Position numbers and translations under genes: made by a program. Positions 13,601 to 26,600 of a DNA stretch of 64,000 nt are shown one piece after another. The stretch lies in NCBI GenBank assembly GCA_973895155.1, contig OZ316896.1, positions 2,232,001-2,296,000 on the forward strand, written 5' to 3'. Each line of letters begins with the position of its first letter. The first letter of the stretch is position 1. The DNA comes from Marsupella aquatica (taxonomy: Eukaryota; Plantae; Marchantiophyta). The notes under the pieces are model-generated. The model was not told the origin of the DNA. It saw only the letters and a list, made by a program, of their open reading frames with translations, and made no database searches.

Positions 13601-14807
13601 GGGCACGGCTGCCATAAACCTTAACGCCGACGCGGTGACAATGCATTCCTTGTTCAGCATTCCAATACACGGAGAGCTCAGGCCTCTGCACATCATCAGT
13701 CCCCAATACCACATCTTGAGGAACAATGACGTGTTCGTCATAGACAAGGCGAGCATGCTGACACCCAAACTGTTGCGTTGCGTCTCCACAAGACTACACG
13801 AGACACTCCAAGATGAGGACCGCTCGTCCGACCCATTCCAAAATAAGACGGTCATCCTGGTCGGAGACATGTGCCAATTGCCTCCGGTTTGCACCCACCA
13901 CACCAACGACATATGCAAGTCGTGCCACCTCTTGTCCTCGCCATATTTTGAGACCATGCGGAAATTTCACCTCAGCACTGTGCTCAGACAGAGCACAGAC
14001 CGGAAGTTCATGGAGTTCCTTAACAACATCCGCACAGGCCTCCCTACCCAAGAATCAATCGATGAGTGCCTGGGACAATGTTACGTGTCCAAACAAGAAG
14101 CCCATGATTTCATCGACGCCTCGACGACCGTGATATGCACACATAGAGAAACAGTCGACAACTACAATGAACGGGCATTACGGAGATATTTTCCACGCCA
14201 AGAGATCGTGCCCGTCCCAATACTCACCAATGCCCCTTCAGACGAATCCACCCGGCCTTGGATACAAGATCCCTCCTTCCACACACTGACGAACGTTGCA
14301 ATCGGATGCAAGGTGATTCTCACACACAACATCGACCTCTCCAAGCAGGCTGCAAACGGCAACGGAGGAATCGTGGAGAAAATCACTACAGAAGTCGAAG
14401 GCAAAATGTCAATTTTTGTGAGAATGTCTTCCAACCACTGCCTCGTAAAGATCAACCGCACGGTTCACGAGAACAAGTTCATCTCGGGACAGCAAACCCA
14501 TCGGAAATCCACTTTCCCTCTCATGCTCGGATATGCCATAACAGGTCACAAAAGCCAAGGTTGTACACTAGCGGGCAAGGTCGTGCTAGAAATAAACAGT
14601 GCATTCACACCGGGACTGGTGTACGTTATGTTGAGTAGGGTCACAAATAGAGCATCCATGCGCATTGTTGGAGATCTTACGCCGCCGGACTTCAAAGTGT
14701 TCCACTTACCAATTCGTCGTGTTCAACAAGCAGATGTCGACCACCAAAGGCAACAAGGCAGCGAAGGCATCACAACAACAACGAGAAACAATGACAGGCG
14801 CAAATAG
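10683..14807 (+). pseudogene. Helitron Rep (HUH Y2 endonuclease)-PIF1 helicase, 1374 codons, 4 in-frame stops
   Basis: Five ORFs share one frame. N-terminal CxxC pairs. Rep motifs PHFFLTLTC, YELQGRRSLHAHTVLW, YLLKYAIK. PIF1 motifs GNPGSGKT, ID(K)ASML, VGDMCQLPPV, VLRQ, YAITGHKSQGCTL, VYVMLSRV. Stops at 10869, 11703, 12351 and 13311. Confidence 0.95.
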
Positions 14808-15603
14808 CAATCCGACGAGCGCTACTCCTACAACAGTTTAGGTAAACAGTGTCCACATCATACTTCACCTTGTTGATGCAAGCGATATACAATGAAATGA
14901 TGATACGAAAGTTGCAAGATTCATTAACATTGACGGGCACTATTGTTCTAACACATTGTTCACGTCTTTCCTATGCAGCCCATGACAGCCGTGGAGATGG
15001 CAAGGATGATCATGAGAGAGCTGCCATCGGATGACTTCCGGACTGACGAGGAGGTAACGGCTAAACAAATTGCTTTCGGCAACGGTCTCGGAATCGAGAC
15101 AACTGAGATGGTGAACGGGATCAAGAGGAGAGATCTGTCGAAGATGATCGAGGAGAGGAAAGTGTTCAAGGCAGACTTCTACGATCATTACGGAGATAAA
15201 CCGGCGACTGGTAAGCACAAAGAGAAAACCCCCAATAAAAAATGAATTCAACCATCTCATGCACACATTAAGCACTAACTCCGTGTTGAAAACAAATGCA
15301 CGTGTCATGAAGGAGATTCTTAGGTACATGGCAGTTCCGTTCGAGGAAGACCAGCTCACTTACAAGGACGGGATGCGCGAGTACATCCAGGTCACAAAGG
15401 GAGCTCGTCTAGAGCAACTGACCAGATTGAGGCATGATTTCAAGATGCCACTTGATATGTTGGTAGGGCTGACACATCAGCAATCCCAGTCCCTGATCGA
15501 CAGGCTGAGGAGGAGCAGCGACCAGGGGCTGCTATCTGACGTCCCTGCCCAAACAACAACGGAACAACCCACCACATCCAAGCGCAAATTCAACGCGATG
15601 TGA
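14734..15603 (+). pseudogene. second, spliced accessory gene of the Helitron-like element (unknown protein)
   Basis: ATG 14734 opens a frame to (T)AG|GTAAAC at 14839-14842. Intron with CTAAC branch point ends at TGCAG 14978 and joins in phase 0 to ORF 14973-15245. A further GTAAGC donor lies at 15211, then ORF 15259-15603; that junction is unresolved. Confidence 0.5.
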
Positions 15604-16582
15604 CAGTTGTTTCCATGATGTAGTACAAGTTTCATTTTTCAGAACAATGTGGTGTATCATGCAAAAACAAATTATGACATGTCCCAATAAAGATACCCAT
15701 TGCCGGAAACATATTTATCTATATAAAAAATAACTATCTACTTTTTAACACATTTTTTATTTGTATCAATAACTATCCACTTTTCAATCTCAATCGAATA
15801 AAAACAGGTGGGGGTCCACGAACTAATTGCCACTTTTGGCGCCAGTGTTTCTTTGTCTTTGTTAGCCAGTTTCCCACCTAACAATGGACCATTCCACAGA
15901 ACCTGATAGTGGCCCTTAAATCTAGGGAGATCTAATGGTTAGGTATTAATGTAAAAAACGTAGACAAGGAGCATTCTTAGGATCTTCTCCTTCACACAAC
16001 TTACCTTGCAAAACAGGAAAAATAGTAAAAAGGGACAATGGATTTGAACCGTTGTAAAGTTCAATTCACACCTACTCATATAGGAGCCCCATTCCTTGCT
16101 TTCCTATCACTCTTTCTTGTCTTGTGATGAACAGTGTACTCATCATGAAAGAAAGCCCATCCCTAGTGAAAATTGAATCGGTGTGCTTGCTAATGCACAT
16201 TCCTATCATGTGGTGAACAGGGCACTCAACATAAGAGGTGGAGCAGAAGCCAGTTCCTTGGGCAACTAAATGTGAGCCCTGTAGAATGAGAGCTAGATCG
16301 AGCACTGGTTGTGGTTCAAGGAAACCCTCTTTGTTGTCTAAGGTGTGTAGTGGACCAAATAGCTACAGTCTGACCATATCCCTTTGTCAGGCAATGATGC
16401 CAACTCTGCCGCACAAACCATATCTTTGTCACTACCTAGCCACACACTCCATTTGCCAGAATCTGACTGTGATCCTTAATTCTGGGGAGGTCTGATGGTC
16501 AGACATAATCTAAGAAAATTCAATAATGAACATTTGCTACTTCTGTCCCCGCTTTTGTCTACATTGGCCAGTTTCCTACCTA

Positions 16583-16971
16583 CCGTCTTCCCCCAAACAC
16601 AGTTCCTGGGCGTTGTTTTTAAATATAGATTTTTTTAGGTCTCCATAAGAAAAAGTAGTTTGTATTCAAACACAACGTCATTTTAACACAGGGCATTGTG
16701 TTCAAATATTGGCATTGTGTTTGGGTTGGACATTGTGTTTGAGATTTGACCCTAAACTATTCTACATTCAGCACAAATAGTAAAACATTCAAGAATCATC
16801 TACCAATGGCAAAACACAACGTCAATATTTGAACACAACACCCTGTAAATACAAAAAATGAAAACTCATAGTCAAAAGCTGAATATAATGCCCCGGGCAC
16901 ACTTTGAATGGAGCACCCCATGGCCCACTATTTGAGTACAAGGCCATGGCGTTGTGTTTGGAAAAAGTTGG
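16583..16971. mobile_element. Tc1/mariner-type MITE
   Basis: TA on both sides (16581-82, 16972-73). Imperfect TIR CCGTCTTCCCCCAAACAC / GTGTTTGGAAAAAGTTGG. Many internal AAACACAAC/ATTGTGTT units. Removing it restores the satellite (CCTACC-TA-GCCA). Confidence 0.65.
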
Positions 16972-17141
16972 TAGCCATGAACTCCATTTGCCAGAATCTG
17001 ATTCTGGTCCTTATACAAGGGGGAAGTGTTCACTACTTGTTACTTTTTCCACATTCCACTTGCTTCTTTCCCCATGATTTTAGTGAAAAAATTACTGATA
17101 ATAATGAAATTTGGGTTCACAGGTAACCCAATGCTCTTGAA

Positions 17142-17434
17142 TGTTAGGGATAATCCCTATCCCGAGACACCATGCACATGTGAACACTATACAAAGTAGT
17201 CGACACAGCGAGTACATGGTTAACCTCATGGCCGAGGCTACGTCCACGGGAAAAGCAAGAGACCTTTACTTCTCTCTTGCCCAACTCTAACAATGAACTG
17301 AAGATCCACCAGGGGCTGACATCAGTTCTGGTTATATACAGCATGCATCACTGCTAACCTAAGCTAAGTCTTAACCTGAGTTAGCCTAACTGCGGTTAGC
17401 TCTAGAGTCACAAGACTAAGGGCAATACTCAACA
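17142..17434. mobile_element. solo LTR (293 bp)
   Basis: TGTTAG...CTCAACA ends, 5-bp TSD TTGAA/TTGAC, internal TTATATAC. Confidence 0.55.
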
Positions 17435-19349
17435 TTGACGAGGCACCTGAGGTTTAGCTCCAAGGAGGTCTGATGGTCAAATAGAATCTAGAGAAGATAA
17501 GAGATCATATGTACCATCTTCTCTTGCCTGTAAGATCATGTCTCCCAATTTGACATTCTTGTCCTTTGAGCAGTTCAAGGTATATCTCTCATACACAAGG
17601 CAACATTTGCCACCAGGGGGAAGACTAATCCTTAAAAAATGAGGCTGGTTTGGACCATTGTAAACTTCTTAAGGAAACCGTCTTTGGAGTGGACTGAACC
17701 CGCTTTGACTATATCGGATTCTGGCACTGATGGGTTTCCTCCCCATCAGACTTTGTAAACTTCGTGCACCACCATGTTTTCCAAGTCCAAGAATTTGCCA
17801 AATTCCACCTCACACCATTGTGTTTTGGCTTTCATTAGCCAGTTTTCCACCTAATCACAGACTCCATTTGGCTGACAGTGATGCTAAAATCTAGGGAGAT
17901 CTAATGGTCAGATATTAATTTAAGAAAAATTAAACAAGGAGTCTTCTTGGTATCTTCTTCCTCACACAGGGGATACTAGTCATCCTGGAAAAAAACAAAA
18001 AAACCTTAAAATTGACGCAGGTTTGGACCCATTGTAAAATCCTATGGAAACCATCTTTGTTATCTAAGGCCTGGAATTGACCAAATAGCCACCATATCTA
18101 TTTGTCTGGAAATGATGGGTTTCAATCCCCCTCAGACTCTGTAAACGTCCTCGAGTAGAGTCTTTTCTAAGTGCAAATATTTGCCAACTTCCACCTCACT
18201 AAAACGTATCTGTCACTTTTGGCACAAACTTAGCCTGTATTTTTGTCTTCAATAGCCAGTTTCCTACCTAGCCAGATACCCCATTCACCTCCGTTTGATG
18301 TGATCCTTAGATCTAGGGGGATCTGACGTCCAGAGACGAAAGGTGTAACCACCAGAGGGGAAAAACTTCAGAAATGACGCTGGTTTGGAGCCATTGTAAA
18401 ATTAAGGAAACCGTCTTTGTTGTATAAGGAAAGGCATAGGGTGGACTGAAAAGCTACTCTATGACCAATATCCCTTTGGCTGGCAATGATGGGTTTCATC
18501 CGCATCAGACTTTTTAAACGTCCTCCAGAGCTCGTTAGGCATTACCCACGCCAAATCTCCCAAATTGGGAATAGGACAAAATAATGCATACCATCCAGTG
18601 CTCTTTGTTGGGCTATATTTGGAGGAATGCAACCCCATTGGAGGAGGACTCGAGGATAGGATATGAGACGTCAACATATTCCAACTTTCCAACAAGATTT
18701 TACTGCTTTTCACCCGAGCAGATTCTGTCTCCAAAGTGCTGAAGTCAAATACTCACTACTGTAGACTACTTGGAGAATATTTGTTCTGTCTTGGGTCTGG
18801 TTTGGGGCACTCCCTAGGTGGGTTCCTGACCCCTGGATCTGGGTCTGGATTGGTCTCTGGCATTGTCATGTTGGGCTAGAATATGTTTTGATTCTTCTGT
18901 TGCCACCAAACTATATATATTTTGCCTGAGGGACATACTTGCTGCGTTTTCACACGCAAAAACCCAGAGAAACTTTAGTACCCAGTAACCACAGGAAAAC
19001 AAAAGAGTGTGCGAGAAGCACGAAGGAGCTCAGCCCCAATGACTCTTTGTGGGAGTTAGTTACATCAGGAATGGAGGAGGTTCTCTTCAAAGACATGAGC
19101 AGCACAAATGTCCACTAACCCACGTCCGCTCCCATAATTCCTTAAATTTCACGACGACTCCAAGAGAGGCTAATGGCATTTATTATTGTTTAGCATGGTG
19201 GAAACGAGGGGTGAAAAAGTTCTAAGTAGAGAGTGCATGCATGTCCAAAGGACTTGCAATAGCTAAGAATGTATTCAGTCTATGAAGGCAAGTTGCCACC
19301 AAGGAGTTCCCATTAGGCATGGTAAGCAAGTAAGAGTGCAATTTCAGAA

Positions 19350-19480
19350 GCACAGAGAGACATGACTTTGTGGTAGTTCATTTGAGTAGAGACTCATGGG
19401 TCTTGGGTTCAATTATTGCGGTTGACTCTTCCCTTTCTGTGGGGTTTCACAAATTTTCCTTAAAAAAAGAAATAAAAAAG
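19350..19480 (+). mobile_element. tRNA-derived SINE, copy 1
   Basis: A-box-like TAGTTCATTTGAGTAGAG, B-box-like GGGTTCAATT and an A-rich tail. Flanking direct repeat CAATTTCAGAA (19339, 19485). Homologous to 38095-38215. Confidence 0.65.
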
Positions 19481-21039
19481 GATACAATTTCAGAAAGGGG
19501 GCTCTCATGGGCACCAGCCCTAAGCAAAAGGTGTAGAATGTCCCAGCTCGATTCACAACTAAAGAAACCTTAAAAAAATGGATGAACACTGTTTTGGGAC
19601 GAGTTGTAGCTTCCATCTTTACTAGAACCCTGCTAACTAGATCTGATAGTCCTCCTTGGACTGCAGTACATACAATTTGTGTGATTACATGACTCCTAGT
19701 GACTTATCTATCACAATGAGTCGCCTCCTTACCCCACAATACATGACTCAACGCTGAAAGAAACTCCTATAAGCGTAAACCATAATTTCATATAAAATAT
19801 TCTATTTACATGTGACGTACCAGATCAGAACAATGAGGTGAAACCTTTTCACAAAAAGCCCTGTAAACTCCTAGGCTCTCTAGGTACAGAAGGTTTGGCG
19901 GCCATTTTCGTAGGTGTTAATGATGATGATCAATAATGACTCCTCAAACCAATTGCTGTGATAATACAAAAACATCGTGCCTGACTGCCGTAGATGAAAT
20001 TCATAGGTTTGCAATCATAACTGAGATAGAGATACGATGTCTCATGACATTGTAACAATTGGCACCATGCCAGAGAGACTGAGATTGAGAGGTCCACAAC
20101 AAGGGTTGTGTGGAAAACTGGAAGCTCATCTTGAAGACAACCAAACGGTTGCATGATAAGCTCAATTAAAAAATCATCAACTGATCCAATCCACAACCCT
20201 GACGGCCTGACGTCCTTCCCCAGCCTCTCATTGATAGGCTGCTTTAATGAATCTCATATCTAACCATTCAAAGTCTATCGAGGGTTTTGCGAGTGCATGT
20301 ATAACCAGACACTTACTGTAGCCATTCATGGCATTAATTATTTAATATTCTGCCCCCACTTATTCCCTTCAGTTTTTCCCTGAATGGAATGAAATGAAAA
20401 TAATGAAAATAATGTCAAGCCTGTCCTGAACGAACCGCGATGGCATATTGTATTACAGCCTGCACCCCCCTAACAAAAGACAAATAATTAGTTTTTTGAG
20501 CTTAACATGAATGAACTGCAATGGCACTATTCTACATTTCAGCGTGCACAATACTGTGTATCCCCTAACAAATGAAAACTAATGAGCCTGGCTTTAATAA
20601 AACAGCCATTGCACTATTGTAGGTTACAGCCTGCACAATTACCACATACCCCAGAACAGCCAGCACCTTGTACCTGTAGCCAACATCGCCAAGACAATAG
20701 ACCCCTCCACCCCTCTTTGGCACAGATCATTGTCAATCCAATCCAACAGTGACAAGAGACCCCCGGAAAGGATATGAGGGATGAATTTTGTTCCCTCATT
20801 TCAAATTTGCAAACAGACTACGAATGAGATTCCTTATGACAGAGTAGATTAATGTCAATAAAATAAGGGAATAGCAAATTAGTGTATGTGCTAATATGTT
20901 AACGGTTTTTAACAACACTTGCTTTGCACATCAGTTTGCCCCCAGACAATGTGTAATGTTAAGTGTTACCCCAAAACCCTAAACCCCCAGCCTGGCCAGT
21001 CCCTCACATGGTTGTGCCTTATATTACACTGCACAAAAA

Positions 21040-21330
21040 CACTGGCACTGGTCAATTGGCCAAGGGATGAACCTAGAACCAAGAGGGCCCAGGTTCAATC
21101 CCCCCTCCACATGCAAGGGTTGTGGAGGGTGTGTGTGTGGTGGGAGTCCTGGTTTCTCCTTAGCCCCTGGCTGGTTCGCTTTGGGGTTCTGGTCCAACCC
21201 ACTCTCCCTCCTGGTACTGGGTATGACCCCCCTTGTGGGCTACCATACAGAGGTGCATGCTCCAAAGGTCATCTATTCTCTGTTGGATGGGTCAGCTTTC
21301 GATATTCAAGGGAAAAACAAAACAAAAAAA
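21040..21330 (+). mobile_element. tRNA-derived SINE-like element (second family)
   Basis: A-box-like TGGTCAATTGG, B-box GGTTCAATCC, GC-rich body, A-rich tail ending at 21330. Confidence 0.5.
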
Positions 21331-24300
21331 CACAAGCATAAAGTTCTTTCATTATTAAATAAGAAAATTAAATTCACCAGGGGCTTTATTTATATCATGG
21401 GGTGGATTTTAACATTTCCTTTGGTATATGAAGAAGTCAATGTCTTTGATATGTGTCTCTTTAGTTAATAACCTCACCCAATCCCACCAAAGGATTGGCA
21501 TGTTTAGGGTCTATTTTATGCCAAGCAACACTTGGTAGTCGCGCCACAGATTGTGTTTTGCAGCTTGTTTTTTGTTTTGTTGCCTTCCATTTGGAACATA
21601 TCAGACCCTGACAAACTCTTGTGAATTTCTAGGTAACGTGATAAGATCAGATCATTGTCTTGAAGCTATGGCTCCCTTAGGTCCAGTATTTCCACAGGAC
21701 AGTTGGACAACATGTGATGTAGGCCATGAGCTTTAGAATGCAGACACAGAAAACGTCAATTTGACTGGGCTGTTGTTGAAAAATATCTTCTCGGTGTAGT
21801 ATCCCTAGAAAGTACCTCTCTTGCATTATGAGCCTCAGTTTTTTACTATCCTCTCCCCCAAACTGGGCAAATTACTAGCCTGCCCCTAAAACTAATTTAA
21901 ATATCAGGTTGTTAACTTGACTATACAAACCAGCAATGACATGCAATTGCTTTGCCAGCACATGGTGGCTTGCAAAGTTCCCATACGTGGTAGCCCCCTC
22001 AAACCATACCTTCACCCTGGACCAGGTGTCCCCTTCCAACACTAACAGGAATGAATGTGTCAACTACTGCCTACAAGAAAAGGATAATTGCATTTGGTTC
22101 CCCCTCATTTCCCTCAGTTTTGTGGTTGGAGGGAGTTGGCTTGGACAAATTATGATCCTTCTTGAATCTCCAGACCATTTTGGGCTAGTCTTGTATGGAA
22201 AATCCAACCCACATACAAAATGGAGGGAACCTGATAATTAAATTTTGGGGCAGGTCAATATAGCATGCTCATCCTGGAACATGCTTTACTTTTTGTCTGG
22301 TAGTGATGTGTAAATGGATAAAATAAAAGAGTAAACCTAGAATACATATAAGATGTGAATGAGATAAATTAATATAAATAAAGCACATGCAAATAAAAGC
22401 ATAGAGACCAATGAAAGTAAAACTAAATTTTATGACACAAAGATGCTACCAGTTGTGCACTCACTTCAATGTGCCTTATAACACTCATTTCAATAAAAAC
22501 CATAAACTTAGGAAAGAAAGCCATGAGGGGAACTTAAAGACAGGATGTGTTGATGTTACTTAGAATCATTCCTCTAGCTCATGAGAGTACTTAAAAGTGT
22601 TAGAAAATGAAGCCCAGGGTACATAACCAAGTTTACAAATTAAGGCGCTGCCAAAATAAATTCAAAATACTATAGGATACCAAAAATTAAAGGGGCCCAA
22701 AAATGAATTAAAAGTCTATATGATACAAAGGATGCCCCTTGTTAAGGTACATTCAAATAAAAATACATGACACAAAATTATGAATAAGACAAAACATGAA
22801 AGTTGGATTCACCATTAGCAGTGTCATAAAATGGAGGCAACCTGATAATTAAAATTTGGGGCAGGTCAATAATGCTACTAGTTTTGGGAACATGAAAGTA
22901 AAAAACCGTTTACAAGTTCTCAACATTCTTGAACACTGTGTAGCTGTCCAAACTCCAAAGGGCAGGGACTTTGTTGTCTATTGCCAATGCATTTGTCCAA
23001 GTCATAATCTGTTCCAGAAGGTTCTACTGATCTTGGTACTGGCACCCAATTATATGAGTGATACTACAACCAAAACCTTTCATGACTTTGTTTTAACTGA
23101 TTTTGATCCCACATCATAGCAATGTCTTGCATATCGGTTTTAGTTTTTTGTTTCTTTGTTTTTTTTCTGAAATAGGATTTGGGTAACTGAAAGGGTTTTC
23201 TGTCGCCCTGGACAGCATGACGTGCAAGGTCCATCTGTCGTGGATGGGGTTTCCATTCACTTCCCCCACCGAACAAAAAAAAGTTAGAAATTAGGAAGTA
23301 GGATCTGGGTGTTTTTGTTTGACAAATAAATAACACCCACAAAACAAAACAACAATATCCACAAGCCTAGATAAATAAGGAGTTTGGCAAACTTGAATGC
23401 TTGAACCTGGTCACACAGTTGGGTTTGGCTTCCCTCTATTTTACTAGGAAAACAGGGATGAAGGGCTCCGGGAGCGCTTGGTGTAGTAGTGTATATATTT
23501 GGGTTAGTTTTCATCATGATGTCTTAGCCTTTCTTGGAGGCACACTTCAGGAAGGAATCCACACCATTATTTCTGTTGTTTTACTGTTTTAAAGGAAAGC
23601 TCACGGCAGCCCTGTGCAGAAAACCCTCAATTTACTTATTTTGGATATTATAAATAGTTTGCTACCTAGAAACCGCCCCTGTGACGTACAGGGTTAAATT
23701 GGAGACCAGCTGAATAAGAATCTGGTCCGTTAACCAGTGAGATAGGTCTTTTGTTTTTCTTATTGTGTGGTGCCCTGAGTCATTATCTGATTTTGTTATG
23801 TTAGATCCTTCACCAATGAATGCATCTGTGGGTTTCTTAGACCACAGATGCATGCATGGGGAGAGTAACCAGCCTCGTTGTAGCAACTTGGTGCCAATGG
23901 GACCTACAGCTAGAAATTCACTAAGCTTGGACCAGAAACCCTTAGCCCATGTTCATAGCATCACTGGAGACCTCTTGAAAACAAACCTTCCAATGGTATC
24001 TAGCAAAATCCATTTCAGAAAGTCCATTAATAGAAAGCCCTTCAAAGCAACCCCTTTCCAATGATATCTAGCGAAATTCATGAAAGTCTATTGAGTATCA
24101 TGCCCAGTGTTTGTACTCAAATATTTTTTTTTGGCATATGGAAAACTCGGATAGCATGTCCTTGGGCTAAGGCTTTTGGAGCTCATAGCTCACTTTTCTC
24201 CAATGTTTTTCAGAGAGAACAAAAGTCCCAATTTCTTATTCTTCATTTCTAGCTTGCTATGTTGGTATCAATGAAAAGTTTATTGAAAAGTCCGTCTTCA

Positions 24301-24646
24301 CATGCCTAAAATGCTTCCCAAGAGCCTGTTCACTTACGCGCTAATGATTTGAAGTTAGTTTTGCTAACCGGACTCTAGCTTTGAAGGATGAAGTAAACTG
24401 GGATGCAACTTTTGACAAGTTCTTGGTTGTAAGAAGGTATTCCAAGCAAAGGACCTCAAATTATTAGAATTGAGCTCAATGTTTCAGCCAAATTAGCACA
24501 TTGAGCTCCTGCCTTTGTTTAGAGCCGAGTTTGGTTAGACCCTAACTCATAGTCCATGATAGACTACACAATAATACAGGCAGTGTTCTTTCTTCATTCC
24601 GTCAATACATTGACTGCAAACTGCAGTAGGCACGACGAAAAGCATA

Positions 24647-26600
24647 TGGCAAAATTCTAGGGGCTTCTTTGATTCAGTCCCAGCGAGAAGGAAAGCCCAC
24701 GAGTTGAAACTTCTGAATTGGAATCAGTTAAGTGATTCTTCATTATCACGGGGTGGAATGATCACGATCATCCGGAGTTTCTGGGTTGTGGAGATTGTCA
24801 GAAGGGCAGTAGGAGTTCGCTGCAGTTTCAACTCAATTACTGCTCGTACAAATCATCATCTACTACCTTTCCCAGATTTGTGTTTGGAGAAGAAGGTACT
24901 TGCTACCCTTCATTCGAAACGGGGAAGTGTTTTTTCGAGGAGATAGTGGACATCACGGAGGCTGATGAAGGCCCACTAGTTTCTCCAATAAACTTTGATG
25001 ATCCCGAAAATTTGCCCTGGACAGATCTGTAAGTATTCCTTCGAGGAAGATGTTGTCCAGGAGATAGTGGTACTGCTATCTATCTTACGCTGATGTACCC
25101 TTCCAAGTGTAACTTCTGATTGGCTCACTAGAATCTTCACGGAAATAAAACAAAGTCGTATCCCAGACTTTTCAATCGCCCTTGTAAACTACAAATGGTC
25201 TGCAATTTTGTTTGTTTTCATTCAAATGCCTTCCACTGAAGACCGAGTTTTCAATCCAGCCGGTATCGTAATGGCCTGCGTTTTTTTGTTGTTTTCATTG
25301 AATGCCCTGGCCACTGAAGATCAGGTCCACGATTGCAGGGCCTACTGTACTAACATCGGCACTACAAAGCTCAGGAAGAAGTGACTCCACCTTGCGGTCT
25401 ATTAACAGACAGTAGCCATGTTGTGGGAAGATCTGATCAGCATGAGAGACATTTCCCGCCTGGCGATGCTAAACATGAAGGATTTTCTCGGCCCTGTTTC
25501 GCACTATGACAGCTTGTTCGTGGCGAAAGATTAGACAGCTAGGACAGTTGACCTGAGTGAGCTGGTGCAATTGTGATCGATGTTCTGCCACCCGTAGTTG
25601 CTGCGGAAAGCTCCCTGTGGATGGTGTCCTTAATATTGAGCCGAGAGCTGCACTGGAATATCACACAAGCCCAGGACAATTTTCTGGCGAGCCAAGCATG
25701 ATCTGATTAATTTAGCCAAGACTTGGATACAGGGAACAGACTCCGTGATAAAAATTCGACTTCAGAAAATTGAAGGTTCATTGCCATCAGTTCCGAGACC
25801 CCAAAGACACCACAAAAACGGCAATCGTGGCTGTATCAGGGGACAATATTCTGACCGGCTCGGAAAAAGTTGTGTATTTCATGAACCCTGTTGATCGGAG
25901 GAGAGAATAAAACTTGTGTGCATATTTCATGTGACAATACAGAATACCCCTCTGTAAGTTGGTGGATAATAAATGCTTATCCCTCCCAGAAACAATAAAT
26001 CCGTGACCTCGTACCAACTACTGTAGCCCATCTCTCAAAGTCCTGGTCACTGATCCAGTATTGTTACAATCTCTCAAAGTCCTGGTCACTGATCCAGTAT
26101 TGTTACAATGGACCTGGCTGTATGACATCATCCCGACTTGGCTGCAAGGAATTCGTACATCTCTGGATGCAGGACGATAGCCTGGACATGCTTAATGGAA
26201 ATGTACGTCCAATAATTCAAATTGAGGGCATGTGCATTTGTTGGTACCTAACCGGAAAAGGTACAAGAAAATGGACTCTGATCGTGGACGATACTCGAAA
26301 TGACGACGACGGCATGGTAGCAGTTCGCCCCCTTCACCCGGCGTAGCAAAGACCCATCCCGGGACCGTCTTCAATGGACCGGGCATTGGCCTCTGCACAG
26401 AAGAGAAGGAGACATCTGGCTCCAATAGGATAGTATGACTCCGGACTTGGTACCCAACAACGACATAAAACAACTGCCTACAGTAGCGATCAGAAATCAA
26501 ATGACCTCCTCCACCATCATGAGTGGCTCTTTCTAACTCTTGTGGTGATGTGGACGCCCATATTAGTACAAGCTAAATGATTGCTCCAGTACCTCACCTT
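24647..26600 (+). pseudogene. degraded multi-exon gene remnant, unidentified
   Basis: Protein-like stretches (GWNDHDHPEFLGCGDCQKG...DDPENLPWTDL|GTAAG; MLWEDLISMRDISRLAML) broken by stops. Perfect 39-bp duplication at 26031-26108. Confidence 0.3.

Larger units (their letters stand above)
5088..15827 (+). mobile_element. Helitron2/Helentron (HLE2)-type rolling-circle transposon, ~10.7 kb, with cargo
   Basis: The flanks rejoin into one satellite monomer at a T-run with no TSD. Asymmetric inverted repeats GGACCCCAC (5091-5099) and GTGGGGGTCC (15808-15817). Hairpins GGACC-8nt-GGTCC (5091-5108) and GTGG-gggt-CCAC (15808-15819). Contains a RepHel ORF. Confidence 0.65.
15828..18520 (+). repeat. degenerate satellite-like repeat array (~420 bp unit) with nested insertions
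   Basis: Recurrent AAATCTAGGGAGATCTAATGGTCAGA-like, TAGCCAGTTTCC and GGAAACC(G/A)TCTTTG motifs. TAGCCAGTT at 17836 and 18253 gives 417 bp spacing. Confidence 0.75.

Noticed and set aside
12864-13957. Long antisense ORFs over RepHel (likewise 46056-46991 over HARBI1)
   Set aside because: Shadows of GC-rich sense coding sequence with no motifs.
10683-14807. Alternative genetic code or stop readthrough in RepHel
   Set aside because: Parallel G>A missense lesions in conserved motifs (DKASM) show mutational decay, and host genes in the window use TAG and TAA as stops.
19950-20200. Degenerate Harbinger transposase fragment on the minus strand (FKMSFQF...MRHRISI)
   Set aside because: Too short and too decayed to support without a search.
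19350-21330. tRNA genes
   Set aside because: Only A/B-box-like remnants followed by unrelated bodies and A-tails with no cloverleaf, so called SINEs.
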